From contig CM060733.1 of NCBI GenBank assembly GCA_030704615.1, positions 21,762,001-21,826,000 on the forward strand: DNA of 64,000 nucleotides, written 5' to 3'. Positions 12,500 through 23,075 of the stretch are shown here, in pieces. Position numbers and translations under genes: made by a program. Each line of letters begins with the position of its first letter. The stretch's first letter is position 1. Source of the DNA: Takakia lepidozioides. Lineage: Eukaryota > Plantae > Bryophyta. The notes under the pieces were generated by a model. The model was given only the letters and a program-made list of their open reading frames with translations, was not told where the DNA came from and searched no databases.

Positions 12500-14500
12500 T
12501 TTTAGATGTAATAAGGGTCTTGACACTTTCCGAGTTCTGTCAAGCCCACAGATTAAAACTACAAACTTGGTTTTATTAGTACTAGGACCTTGAACTAGAA
12601 TTTAGAGTGACCCGCGAGGAAGTCTGGTAGAACAGTGCCCTGCCTGGAGAGAGGAAGTTCTGAATGCCATGGTAGTGGGATGAGATGGGATGGAATGGTT
12701 GATCAGCAAATCTGTCTAGTGCTTGAGACTTAGCACCAGGGAATCAGGGATGGGTCTAAAAATTACAAACAGACCATATTTTCCGCAGCCAGTATGAAAA
12801 TATCATTCTCACATCTCAAAAGGCTACTGGATTTTCACGGAGAGTCTTCTGTTGTTAAAAGTAGAAGCAATAAATGTCAACATATTCCCAGATCATGTAG
12901 TTATCAAGCGGTTGAAATTCCCTGGTTTGTTCCAACTCTTTCTAGGCACAAACTTGCTATCCCCAAATCTTTCTGGTTTTCATCCTCCTTTGCGACGACA
13001 ACCCCTTAAATCACACCTCACAGGTGTGCAGTACCAAAAGTGAACCCACTTCAACTATACTGGTTGCTTACAAAACACTCACCTCATGACATGTCCGCCC
13101 CACCTTACAAGTAATATACTTATGTTGCTTGTTTCAATCATCCCCACAAGTATAAACCCCCACTCAGTAGTCCAAGCAGATGGCATTGCGGGACAATAAC
13201 TAGTCATCCACGCATCCAACAAGCAAATGAACTTGGTGGCAATGTGCCGATGGCCAGCTTCTCATTATGTTTGCAAAGAGAATGCTTCTTGTGCTCGTCA
13301 TCATCCTATACAAAGAGAGAGAGAGGGAGAGAGAGAGATGATGCCAACCGAAGTTACATAAATAAGAGAGCCTCTTCCCCTTGCGGGTTCTGCCTCCTTT
13401 CAGGGAAAATCTAATTCGTGAGCCCCCACCCAAGAGCCTGTGAGTAAATACTTGTGAGTCTATGAGCCTGTGGTCACGATTTTGGGTGAATCATGAGCCT
13501 CAGCTCACGGATTTCATGCTCACTTGCTCATGGGCTCATGAATCCTGCTCATGGATTAGTTTCTCTCCCCACTTTCAGAAGTCGATCCTATACAAAGAAA
13601 CTAAAACAGAGAAAAAACTTCAGCCAAACCCAGCGTAAATAAGAGCTACTTCCCCTAGTAGACTAGCAAGTACAACAAATATATGCACCTGTTTGTTGAC
13701 CATAATGAAACTGCACCCTGACACCACTTCCCCTATCATTCTTCTCTGCCAGTCTGGTGTCCAAAGAAATGGTGATCCTGATTAATGCTGTCCTCCAGCA
13801 CAAGACGCAGAGTTAGAAGCCTTTCGACTGAAACTTAATAATGCATGTCAAACTCCTAAAGAAGAAACGGTTTTCATCAGAAGAGGCTTCTTGCTACATA
13901 TCAACTGGGTGACATATAATTTGTGTACTTTGAGAATTAACTGTACCACTGTTATCTACTTGAGTTGGGACCCTTGAATCATCCTCATGACCACAACTAC
14001 CCATATTCTCGGCCAGGAGCTCCAGACCATCACCATCTTTCAATCAAGGGACCCCCTGCATCCCCTTGAGTCTTAAGTTTGGTAAACAGGTAAATTCTCT
14101 GGTACAAACACGAGTGGGTATTTGAGCAGCCATATCTTCAACTCGTAGCTCATAGCTGAGATACAACCACCGCATCTTTCAGCTGACAAGGAGCAAGCTG
14201 AAAGAATGTAGTTTAGATATATACCGAAAAGAAAGAGCAACCTCTTGATAGCAACAGTAACATTTCAATTTTGGGCTTTTTCACAACAAACGGCAAAATT
14301 GTCATGCATCATCAGTCCAAAAGACCCTACCACGCCAGCTTCAATGGCCCTCATTGACACCCTCCCTCGTTCACTTTCTCAACAAAGATAGCCCCCACCT
14401 TATCATTCCACCACTGCCCAGGGTGTGGAAAGACACTCCTGCCAGAGCTGTTCTATGTTCATTGCTTGACCTGCGTACATGCACTGCAAGAACTATTCCC
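12500..14500 (-). mobile_element. Highly degenerate LINE (L1-like) relic: ORF1 and endonuclease remnants
   Basis: Broken minus-strand frames resembling L1 ORF1 (LSRGCSFF..GPLD.KMVMVWSSWP; RITISLD..VRVQFHY..CCTC) and an endonuclease LDRF motif near 12.72 kb. Many stops. Confidence 0.35.
13401..13559. mobile_element. Small MITE-like element with GTGAGC/GCTCAT motifs
   Basis: Imperfect TIR CTAATTCGTGAGC / GCTCATGGATTAG; several TGAGC motifs on the left and GCTCA motifs on the right. Confidence 0.5.
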
Positions 14501-17500
14501 GGTTCCGCTTGCCTCAGTCTCAATTGATGAGTCATGTGTCATACCCGTATTGGAATGGGGTCAGGGAAGTAGCGCTGGAATCAAAGGAGCATTTTCTATC
14601 ATGATGAGATCAATTCCTTGTAGACGGATCTCAATGGTTGTCCAATCGTGTTTCCATACTCTTTGTGGATGCAAACCCCACGACTGCCTCCGAGGATTGG
14701 AATGTATCCACGTAGAGGGTACGAGTTAGCGTTGGAAGGGGACGCCAAGGGTGTCGCATCTCTAAGTCGCCCTCTACATTTGTAAGCGAGCTCAAAATGT
14801 TGCCCTTCTAAGAATTGCAACGATATTCAGTTGGTTTCGCAAGAACAGGGAAATCTGCAGGGGCCATGGTCTCATCATTCCACGTAACAAAGTCTCTGTC
14901 TATCCCACAGAACAACAACATGCCATCTATTGTCTCAGCGATCACAGCCAGGTGTCAAATTTCCGCTACCCAAAGAGCTCAAGCTAAAAACAAAAGAGTT
15001 GAATTCCGAAAGATGTGTCCACCTTACTTGCATCATCCGAGTGGTCCATCGTCCGGTCTCCTTTGTAGTTTTATGGGGGCGGTGCCTGGAAGCTGTCGGG
15101 GTCCCAACTTTTCTGTTAGTTTGCTCTTCTCTTTTGTCTCATTAGTTTCTTGAGCTTTCCATGGACGTTCCGCAGGACCTTCTCTCTCTCCTCCGTCTCC
15201 AGAGCTTTACGAAATCCCCGCACCCAAATTCTCGGGTGGAGGTAGGTTATTCCTCTGAAGACAAGCGTCAAACTGTTTCTTCAACGGATCGTTGAACTGC
15301 CCACAGGGCCTCCCAAAGAAAAATGGTATCTTTTTTTATACCACGCTGGTCCTGGTGTATGTGGCTCTCAAAATGACATACCAGGGGAATATTGGTACCA
15401 GGGATATTTCTCAAATTAGATACCAGTCTGGTAAGGATATTGAGAAAATTTTAATCGCTTAAACAATAGTATTAATACAGATTTGCTCAAGTAATACCAG
15501 CTGGTATACATACTAGGATCTGGTATCAAACAAGGCTTCAATTCACTTAAAAAACACTTGATGAGTGCATCATACATGAACTGCTCCGCACACCATCAAA
15601 CCCAACCGCCATGAAACTCAACCGTCGATCTACATTCAACAATCAGGTGGGCACATTTCATCCAGGCACAGTTGATTTTCGACGCCGAAATTCATCATCT
15701 GCAAGTGGTTCATCAGCACATAAACACTTCCATCTGAGCGCCCATTGACATGCGACCTGCCTAGGCGGGTTAGGCTCTCCATGGGTTTGCCCCAATACGT
15801 GCATAGTGCATAGGCAGGATAGGCGTCTAAGAGGCATGCCCCAAGACCTACATAGGCGGGTTTAGGGATCTAGGAGGCCCGCCAAAAGCCCGGTTAGAGG
15901 TGTGGGAAGGATGGTCATGACTTGTGGAGTGAGGATAATGAGGCCATGTCACGAGGTGAGCTCACGTAGGTGGCCCAGGTAGGTGATGAGGAGTGATAGT
16001 TAACTAAATAAGGGCAAAGATCATGAGGTACCTGAGCAATTGGTGATTTTCAATGAAATGGGGGTGGCCCAAAAATATTTTCGAGAAATTGGAGTCATTT
16101 AAAAATATTTATATTTTAAATAAAACTCGTGACCTACCCTTATACATGATGGGCGGGCTTTTATAACAACAAATCTTTTATATCCATGTCCGACAACGAA
16201 AAAATGAGCATAGATTATGCATATCCGCCGGACAACAAAAATCTTAATTTCCTCACAAGCCTACTAGGCCCAGCGGGTTTGTAATGTGTTTTCATATTGA
16301 CAAGTCTGGCCCGTAGGTCATTGATATACCCGCCCAACACTGGTTTTTTCCCTTTGTATTTTGGGGATCTTATCTGGCAAATGTTAGGCCAGGAGGGGGC
16401 AGTGACCTTATGGCCAAAGATCCTTAGGGCGGGAGATTTAGGCGTAAGAGCATGCCCAACAGTAAAAAAAAAAAAGGGCGCCAACTTCAAAATGACGCGC
16501 GCTGTTTTTTGGACTTCCTTCCCGCGTCCCTAGCAGCACCGCGAGGCTCTTTAAGCCCCTCTACCCTGGTATTGCATTGATTCTCCTGAAGTATGAGACA
16601 TCTTATTATACAGGGTTTGTTATGCGAATCACCCATGGGATGTAAAACTACTTCTTTTTTAGCCGAGCATGAAAGATGTTTTTTCTTATGACTGAACAGT
16701 GTGTGTGAGGTTTGTAGGGAACTTTCGCTTGAATTCTTATGTGTGTATCCCGGGAAAAAATAACTGCATTCACCATCATGTTCGGCAATACTCCATAACA
16801 AGCTCCAGTTTCGTTCTTTTTTCTTTTTTCTTTTTTTTCCTCCCAGGAACATTTTTTTCTCTTTATTTTTATTTTCTATTTTTGATAAAACAGGGGACAG
16901 AAGCCCTGATTGGCATTGAGAATTTTATTTAGGATTTTGTCTTCTTTTTTTTTTAATGAACAGGGACAGCGCCCTGAGAGAAACTTTATTTAGAATTACT
17001 AGAGGGCAAAAAAATTAAAACCCTCGGTTATACCATTCGATTATTAGATTATTTGGATTTTATTTCTATATAAACAACTACGTGTATATAAGTGGTACTT
17101 TTATATTTTATAGTGATTATTGTGTGTATATATTTGTGTAGTACATTTATAATTGATAACTGTTATCCATTTGAAAAAAAATAAAAAATCATTCAGTGAT
17201 ATAAGTACTTTCAAGTTAAGCCCTTATAAAGATATTTTAAAATTATTTTATTTTCTTAAATTTAAGCCCTTGTAACTCTCTGAATTTCTAACTTGCAATT
17301 GGGTTCGTGATGACATGGCTAACTTGCTCCAATTGAGAACATGTCAGTTACTCCAATTGAAGGTATGACAGCTGGATGATTCCTGCCACATGTACAATGT
17401 TCTATAAACGCCAGTTAACGGATGGAGGGGGCACAAGGTTGACTGTCTGCATGACCAATCTTATTGCGCCACGTAGAGGCTATAAATTTGTTGAGTGAGA

Positions 17501-18236
17501 AAATGTGTCATGAAATCTGACAATTGTGCTATATGAGAAATTTCACAAGTGGTCATAAGGTCTCCGCCCCATGGTGAGTCCTATGTCACCCCCACTAAGA
17601 CCCACTAAGACCCACTAAGCTACCACCACCCCTCGTGGAACCACCCCCACCGCAGTCCGGTGTGTGGGCTCCACCTAGTGAGCGCATCCGCCTCCTTAAG
17701 TGCACTCAAGGGTGCTTCAGCCCCCGTACCTATTGTTGCCACTGCCCCCATCACAGAGGCAGCCCCTCTTGTGTCCCGACCCCCTGCCCTCAAGGCAAAG
17801 GGTTGCGACACGCATCCCTACCAACAGGGAGTCGATGTCCTCATCGACTTGTCCATTTTGTAGAAACTAACATCCAAGTTGTGGTGTTCCACATCAAGGA
17901 GTTTGTTTCTGTACCATGGCGTCCCATGGCAAAGAACCAAACCCCCACTTGACTCAACTCTCCACTAGCTAGTTCGGCCGACTTCCTCCAAGTCCCGGCC
18001 AAGGTGGAGCCTCTCAAGCTCCACCCAGTACACTCTTCTTGGCCCACTTCAAGGCCAAGGAACGATCCTCCCCGATGATCGAATCGCCTTACTTACAACA
18101 ACATTGCTTGCGACCGCTCATGATGTCGCTTTTGGCATCATCTTTGAGCAAAGGTTCACCTTGAACCCTTTTTTACTAGGAAGATAACCTTGAACCAACC
18201 GCGCGCCCCAATCACTACAATTGGGTCCCCCTTGGA

Positions 18237-18875
18237 ATGCTGGCCTGAGGTACGGGAACACATCGAAGCCGTACTACGACTTCGTCCCGAGATTACACGA
18301 TTATAGTACGTGAACGGAAGCATGTAGCTTCCGCGTTAATCCGCACTATAAGACAACCCCCTTGGTAGCGCAGTTATAGTACGCGCACGCGCCAGGTGCG
18401 CACTAGCACGTGAACTCCCAAAGAAGGCGCAAGTTTCCTTGCCCCTTAGCTGGGAGTCACCCGATTTCGGCACTGCGCAAACACTCGATTAATCTAATTT
18501 ATCTCTCCCACTTTTGTAAGCTAGCATGCATTCTACACACTAACCAACCATACCATGCATCACCATTCCAAACAAAATAGGAAGCACAACATTTGGAAAC
18601 CATTTCATTTATAAACAAAATTTATGCAACACAAGTTTTTGCAATCGGATTCCTGAGCTAGCTAAGCCGGACTAAACTTGCATTTCCTCCCCCACGATCC
18701 AAGGTTGATGTCCCCATCAACGCTTCTTCCACTTTTAAGGTCGCCCTTCGAAAGTTGCAACCGCCTCGGATGCGTTTCTCATTTCTGAGGCACGCACCCA
18801 AGTTGTCTCTACTTGATGATAGCCCTTCAATTTCACGAGATACTCTGTTTTTCGATTCTTGAACCTCCTCGACTG
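18237..18875 (-). mobile_element. Ty3/gypsy chromovirus relic: integrase chromodomain, PPT and putative LTR (second copy ~21619-22257)
   Basis: RRFKNRKTEYLVK(W/L)KGYHQVETTWVRASEMRNASEAVATFE* is a chromodomain. It is followed by purine tract GTGGGGGAGGAAA and TGCA at ~18683. The LTR 3' boundary (~18237) is tentative. Confidence 0.7.
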
Positions 18876-19030
18876 GGCACTCAAGGGTGCTTCAGCCCCC
18901 GTACCTATTGTTGTCACTGCCCCCACCACAGGGGCAACCTCTCTTGTGTCCCGACCCCCTGCCTTCAAGGCAAAGAGCCGCCACAACCAAGGCAAGTCGA
19001 CATGATCTCAAAGAGTTCAAAGACAAGCCA

Positions 19031-19753
19031 TGTCGCGCACCTCACTTCGGTAAGCCCCTTCAAGTCATAGTTACTCGCTTTTGAAGCGCGCGCCTGACTC
19101 CCAACCTGGCCGCCGGGCCAACTTGGAGCTTCGGCTGCTCACCGGGACATAACGGTCCCCCTTCGCTCTCCCACTAAACCCTCCACCTATTTGGGCCTAG
19201 CGGGATTCCCTTTTGTAGATGGCAGTCCGGAACAGCTCCCCACTCTTTGGTCGCTTTCCAGCTCGCTCGCTTACTCACTAGTTTTTGGTCACCAACGGGC
19301 TTGCACCGTTCTCGGGGTCACTACTCCCCTTATATATACTTCTGTAGCTGTCCGCGGGGGTTTCACAACCAGCCATGCCATTTTATGGCGAACCACCACG
19401 AAAACCCTCGACTCCCGGTGATGAGTCGCGGTGAGTCTTGGCCCACTCACCACGGCCCTTATGGACCATGATGAGTCCCAAGACTCCCACCACGAGGTCT
19501 CCGCCCCCATGGTGAGTCCTATGCCACCCCCACTAAGTCCCACTAAGCTACCACCACCCATTGTGGAGCCACCCCCACCGCAACCCGGTGTGCAGGGCTC
19601 TGCCTAGTGAGCGCCTCCGCCTCCTTGAGTGCCTTGGGCACTCAAGGGTGCTTCAGCCCCCCCCCCCATACCTATCGCTGCCGCTGCCCCCACCACAGGG
19701 GCAGCCCCTCATGTGTCCCGACCCCCTGCCCTCAAAGGCAAAGGGCCGCGACA
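19031..19753 (-). mobile_element. Solo LTR, 723 bp
   Basis: Termini TGTCGCG...CGCGACA; 5-bp TSD AGCCA at 19026-19030 and 19754-19758; empty site in duplication unit 2; TATA-like TATATATAAGGG on the - strand at ~19335. Truncated copies at ~17556-17810, ~18876-18984 and their duplicates. Confidence 0.92.
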
Positions 19754-22419
19754 AGCCACAACAGCGTCACGTAAGGTGTTCCGCTGCAGAAGAGTATCAA
19801 CTTCATTGTAACCTAGTGTCGTCTGGTATATGAACTCGTCTATCTTAGGGTCGTAGTGTATCCTCACAAGATATATGTAGTACAGATGTTTGCAGGGGAC
19901 CCACTTCTTTCTTCCCAAACCTTAAACCCTCTTTAAGCCCCTCTACCCTGGTGTTGCATTGATTCTCCTGAAGTATGAGATATCTTATTATACAGGGTTT
20001 GTTATGTGAATCACCCATGGGATGTAAAACTACTTCTTTTTTAGCCGAGCATGAAAGATGTTTTTTCTTATGACTGGACAGTGTGTGTGAGGTTTGTAGG
20101 GAACTTTCGCTTGAATTCTTATGTGTGTATCCCGGGAAAAAATAACTGCAGTCACCATCATGTTCGGCGGTACTCCATAACAAGCTCCAGTTTCGTTCTT
20201 TTTTCTTTTTTCTTTTTTTTCCTCCCAGGAACATTTTTTTCTCTTTATTTTTATTTTTTATTTTTGATAAAACAGGGAACAGAAGCCCTGATTGGCATTG
20301 AGAATTTTATTTAGGATTTTGTTTTTTGTTTTTTTTTTAATGAACAGGGACAGCGCCCTGGGAGAAACTTTATTTAGAATTACTAGAGGGCAAAAAAATT
20401 AAAACCCTCGGTTACACCATTCGATTATTAGATTATTTGGATTTTATTTTTATATAAACAACTACGTGTATATAAGTGGTACTTTTATATTTTATAGTGA
20501 TTATTGTGTGTATATATTTGTGTAGTACATTTATAATTGATAACTGTTATCCATTTGAAAAAATAAAAAATCATTCAGTGATATAAGTACTTTCAAGTTA
20601 AGCCCTTATAAAGATATTTTAAAATTATTTTATTTTCTTAAATTTAAGCCCTTGTAACTCTCTGAACTTCTAACTTGCAATTGGGTTCGTGATGACATGG
20701 CTGACTTGCTCCAATTGAGAACATGTCAGTTACTCCAATTAAAGGTATGACAGCTGGATGATTCCTGCCACATGTACAATGTTCTATAAACGCCAGTTAA
20801 CGGATGGAGGGGGCACAAGGTTGACTGTCTGCATGACCAATCTTATTGCGCCACGTAGAGGCTATAAATTTGTTGAGTGAGAAAATGTGTCATGAAATCT
20901 GACAATTGTGCTATATGAGAAATTTCACAAGTGGTCATAAGGTCTCCGCCCCATGGTGAGTCATATGTCACCCCCACTAAGATCCACTAAGACCCACTAA
21001 GCTACCACCACCCCTCGTGGAACCACCCCCACCGCAGTCCGGTGTGTGGGCTCCACCTAGTGAGCGCATCCGCCTCTTTGAGTGCACTCAAGGGTGCTGC
21101 AGCCCCCGTACCTATTGTTGCCATTGCCCCCATCACAGAGGCAGCCCCTCTTGTGTCCCGACCCCCTGCCCTCAAAGCAAAGGGTTGCGACACGCATCCC
21201 TACCAACAGGGAGTCGATGTCCTCATCGACTTGTCCATTTTGTAGAAACTAACATCCAAGTTGTGGTGTTCCACATCAAGGAGTTTGTTTCCGTACCATG
21301 GCGTCCCATGGCAAAAAACCAAACCCCCACTTGACTCAACTCTCCACTAGCTAGTTCGGCCGACTTCCTCCAAGTCCCAGCCAAGGTAGAGCCTCTCAAG
21401 CTCCACCCAGTGCACTCTTCTTGGCCCACTTCAAGGCCAAGGAACGATCCTCCCCGATGATCGAATCGCCTTACTTACAACAACATTGCTTGCGACCGCT
21501 CATGATGTCGCTTTTGGCATCATCTTTGAGCAAAGGTTCACCTTGAACCCTTTTTTACTAGGAAGATAACCTTGAACCAACCGCGCGCCCCAATCACTAC
21601 AATTGGGTCCCCCTTGGAATGCTGGCCTGAGGTACGTGAACACATCGAAGCCGTACTACGACTTCGTCCCGAGATTACACGATTATAGTACGTGAACGGA
21701 AGCATGTAGCTTCCGCGTTAATCCGCATTATAAGACAACCCCCTCGGTAGCGCAGTTATAGTACGCGCACGCGCCAGGTGCGCACTAGCACGTGAACTCC
21801 CAAAGAAGGCGCAAGTTTCCTTGCCCCTTGGCTGGGAGTCACCCGATTTCGGCACTGCGCAAACACTCGATTAATCTAATTTATCTCTCCCACTTTTGTA
21901 AGTTAGCATGCATTCTACACACTAGCCAACCATACTATGCATCACTATTCCAAACAAAATAGGAAGCACAACATTTGGAAAATATTTCATTTATAAACAA
22001 AATTTATGCAACACAAGTTTTTGCAATCGGATTCCTGAGCTAGCTAAGCCGGACTAAGCATGCATTTCCTCCCCCACGATCCAAGGTTGATGTCCCTATC
22101 AACGCTTCTTCCACTTTTAAGGTCGCCCTTCGAAAGTTGCAACCGCCTCGGATGCGTTTCTCATTTCTGAGGCACGCACCCAAGTTGTCTCCACTTGATG
22201 ATAGCCCTTCCATTTCACGAGATACTCTGTTTTTCGATTCTTGAACCTCCTCGACTGGGCACTCAAGGGTGCTTCAGCCCCCGTACCTATTGTTGTCACT
22301 GCCCCCACCACAGGGGCAGCCTCTCTTGTGTCCCGACCCCCTGCCTTCAAGGCAAAGAGCCGCCTCAACCAAGGCAAGTCGACATGATCTCAAAGAGTTC
22401 AAAGACAAGCCGCAACAGC

Positions 22420-22575
22420 GTCACATAAGGTGTCCCGCTGCAAAAGAGTATCAACTTCATTGTAACCTAGTGTCGTCTGGTATATGAACTCGTCTATCTT
22501 AGGGTCGCAGTGTATCCTCACAAGATATATGTAGTACAGATGTTTGCAGGGGACCCACTTCTTTCTTCCCAAACC
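22420..22575 (-). pseudogene. SWIM zinc-finger exon of a MULE-like transposon gene (duplicate at ~19770-19920)
   Basis: LGRKKWVPCKHLYYIYLVRIH.DPKIDEFIYQTTLGYNEVDTLLQ; PCKH matches the C-terminal CxH half of a SWIM finger. Confidence 0.6.
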
Positions 22576-22626
22576 TTAAACCCTAAACCGCAAACCCAAA
22601 CCCAAAATCATAAACCTTAAACCGCA
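22571..22626. repeat. Degenerate interstitial telomere-like repeats (CCCTAAA variants)
   Basis: AAACCTTAAACCCTAAACCGCAAACCCAAACCCAAAATCATAAACCTTAAACCGC. Confidence 0.7.
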
Positions 22627-22689
22627 ACCGGAAAAATGAAAATATGGAAAGAAATGCATGCAATGCAATGCAAAAAAAAAAAAAACTCA

Positions 22690-23075
22690 AAAAAATGATG
22701 CTCGTCGACGATCATCACGACATGTACCCAAAGGCCAAATGCAAAAATAAAAATAAAAATCAGAAAAGTCGACATGTCAAAAAAAAAAAAACCGCAGAAA
22801 AGTGATTATCGTTGATGATCGTCACGACATGTACCCAAAATTTGCAAATACAAAAAGAAAAAGAAAAAAAAAACTCAGAAAAGTGATGATCATCACGACA
22901 TGTACCCATATGCAAATGTAAAAAATAAAAATAAATCAAATAAATAAATAAAATAAACTCAAAAAAATGATGATCGACGATCATCACGACAAATACCCAA
23001 ATGCCAAATGCAAAAACAAACTCAGAAAAGTGATGATCGTCGACGATCATTACGACATGTACCCAAATGCCAAAG
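22690..23075. repeat. Array of five ~65-105 bp units with palindromic core TGATGATCGTCGACGATCATCA followed by CGACATGTACCCAAA and an A-rich spacer
   Basis: Units begin at ~22695, 22801, 22882, 22966 and 23029. Confidence 0.9.

Larger units (their letters stand above)
16549..22584. repeat. Recent tandem duplication: unit 1 at 16549-19930, unit 2 at 19931-22584
   Basis: Near-identical sequence and ORFs offset by 3382 bp (17620/21002, 18735/22117). The length difference of 728 bp equals the solo LTR (723) plus its TSD (5). Confidence 0.95.

Noticed and set aside
19022-19758. Mutator insertion with 9-bp TSD GACAAGCCA
   Set aside because: The GACA part is the LTR terminus; TGTCGCG..CGCGACA ends with a 5-bp TSD fit a solo LTR.
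16487-21429. Duplicated short ORFs such as MFLGGKKRKKK and MEPPPPQSG
   Set aside because: They are chance frames across low-complexity TE and LTR sequence, repeated only because of the tandem duplication.
22690-23075. CRISPR-like array of palindromic repeats with spacers
   Set aside because: Spacers are A-rich and similar to each other, the repeats are degenerate, there are no cas genes, and the context is eukaryotic.
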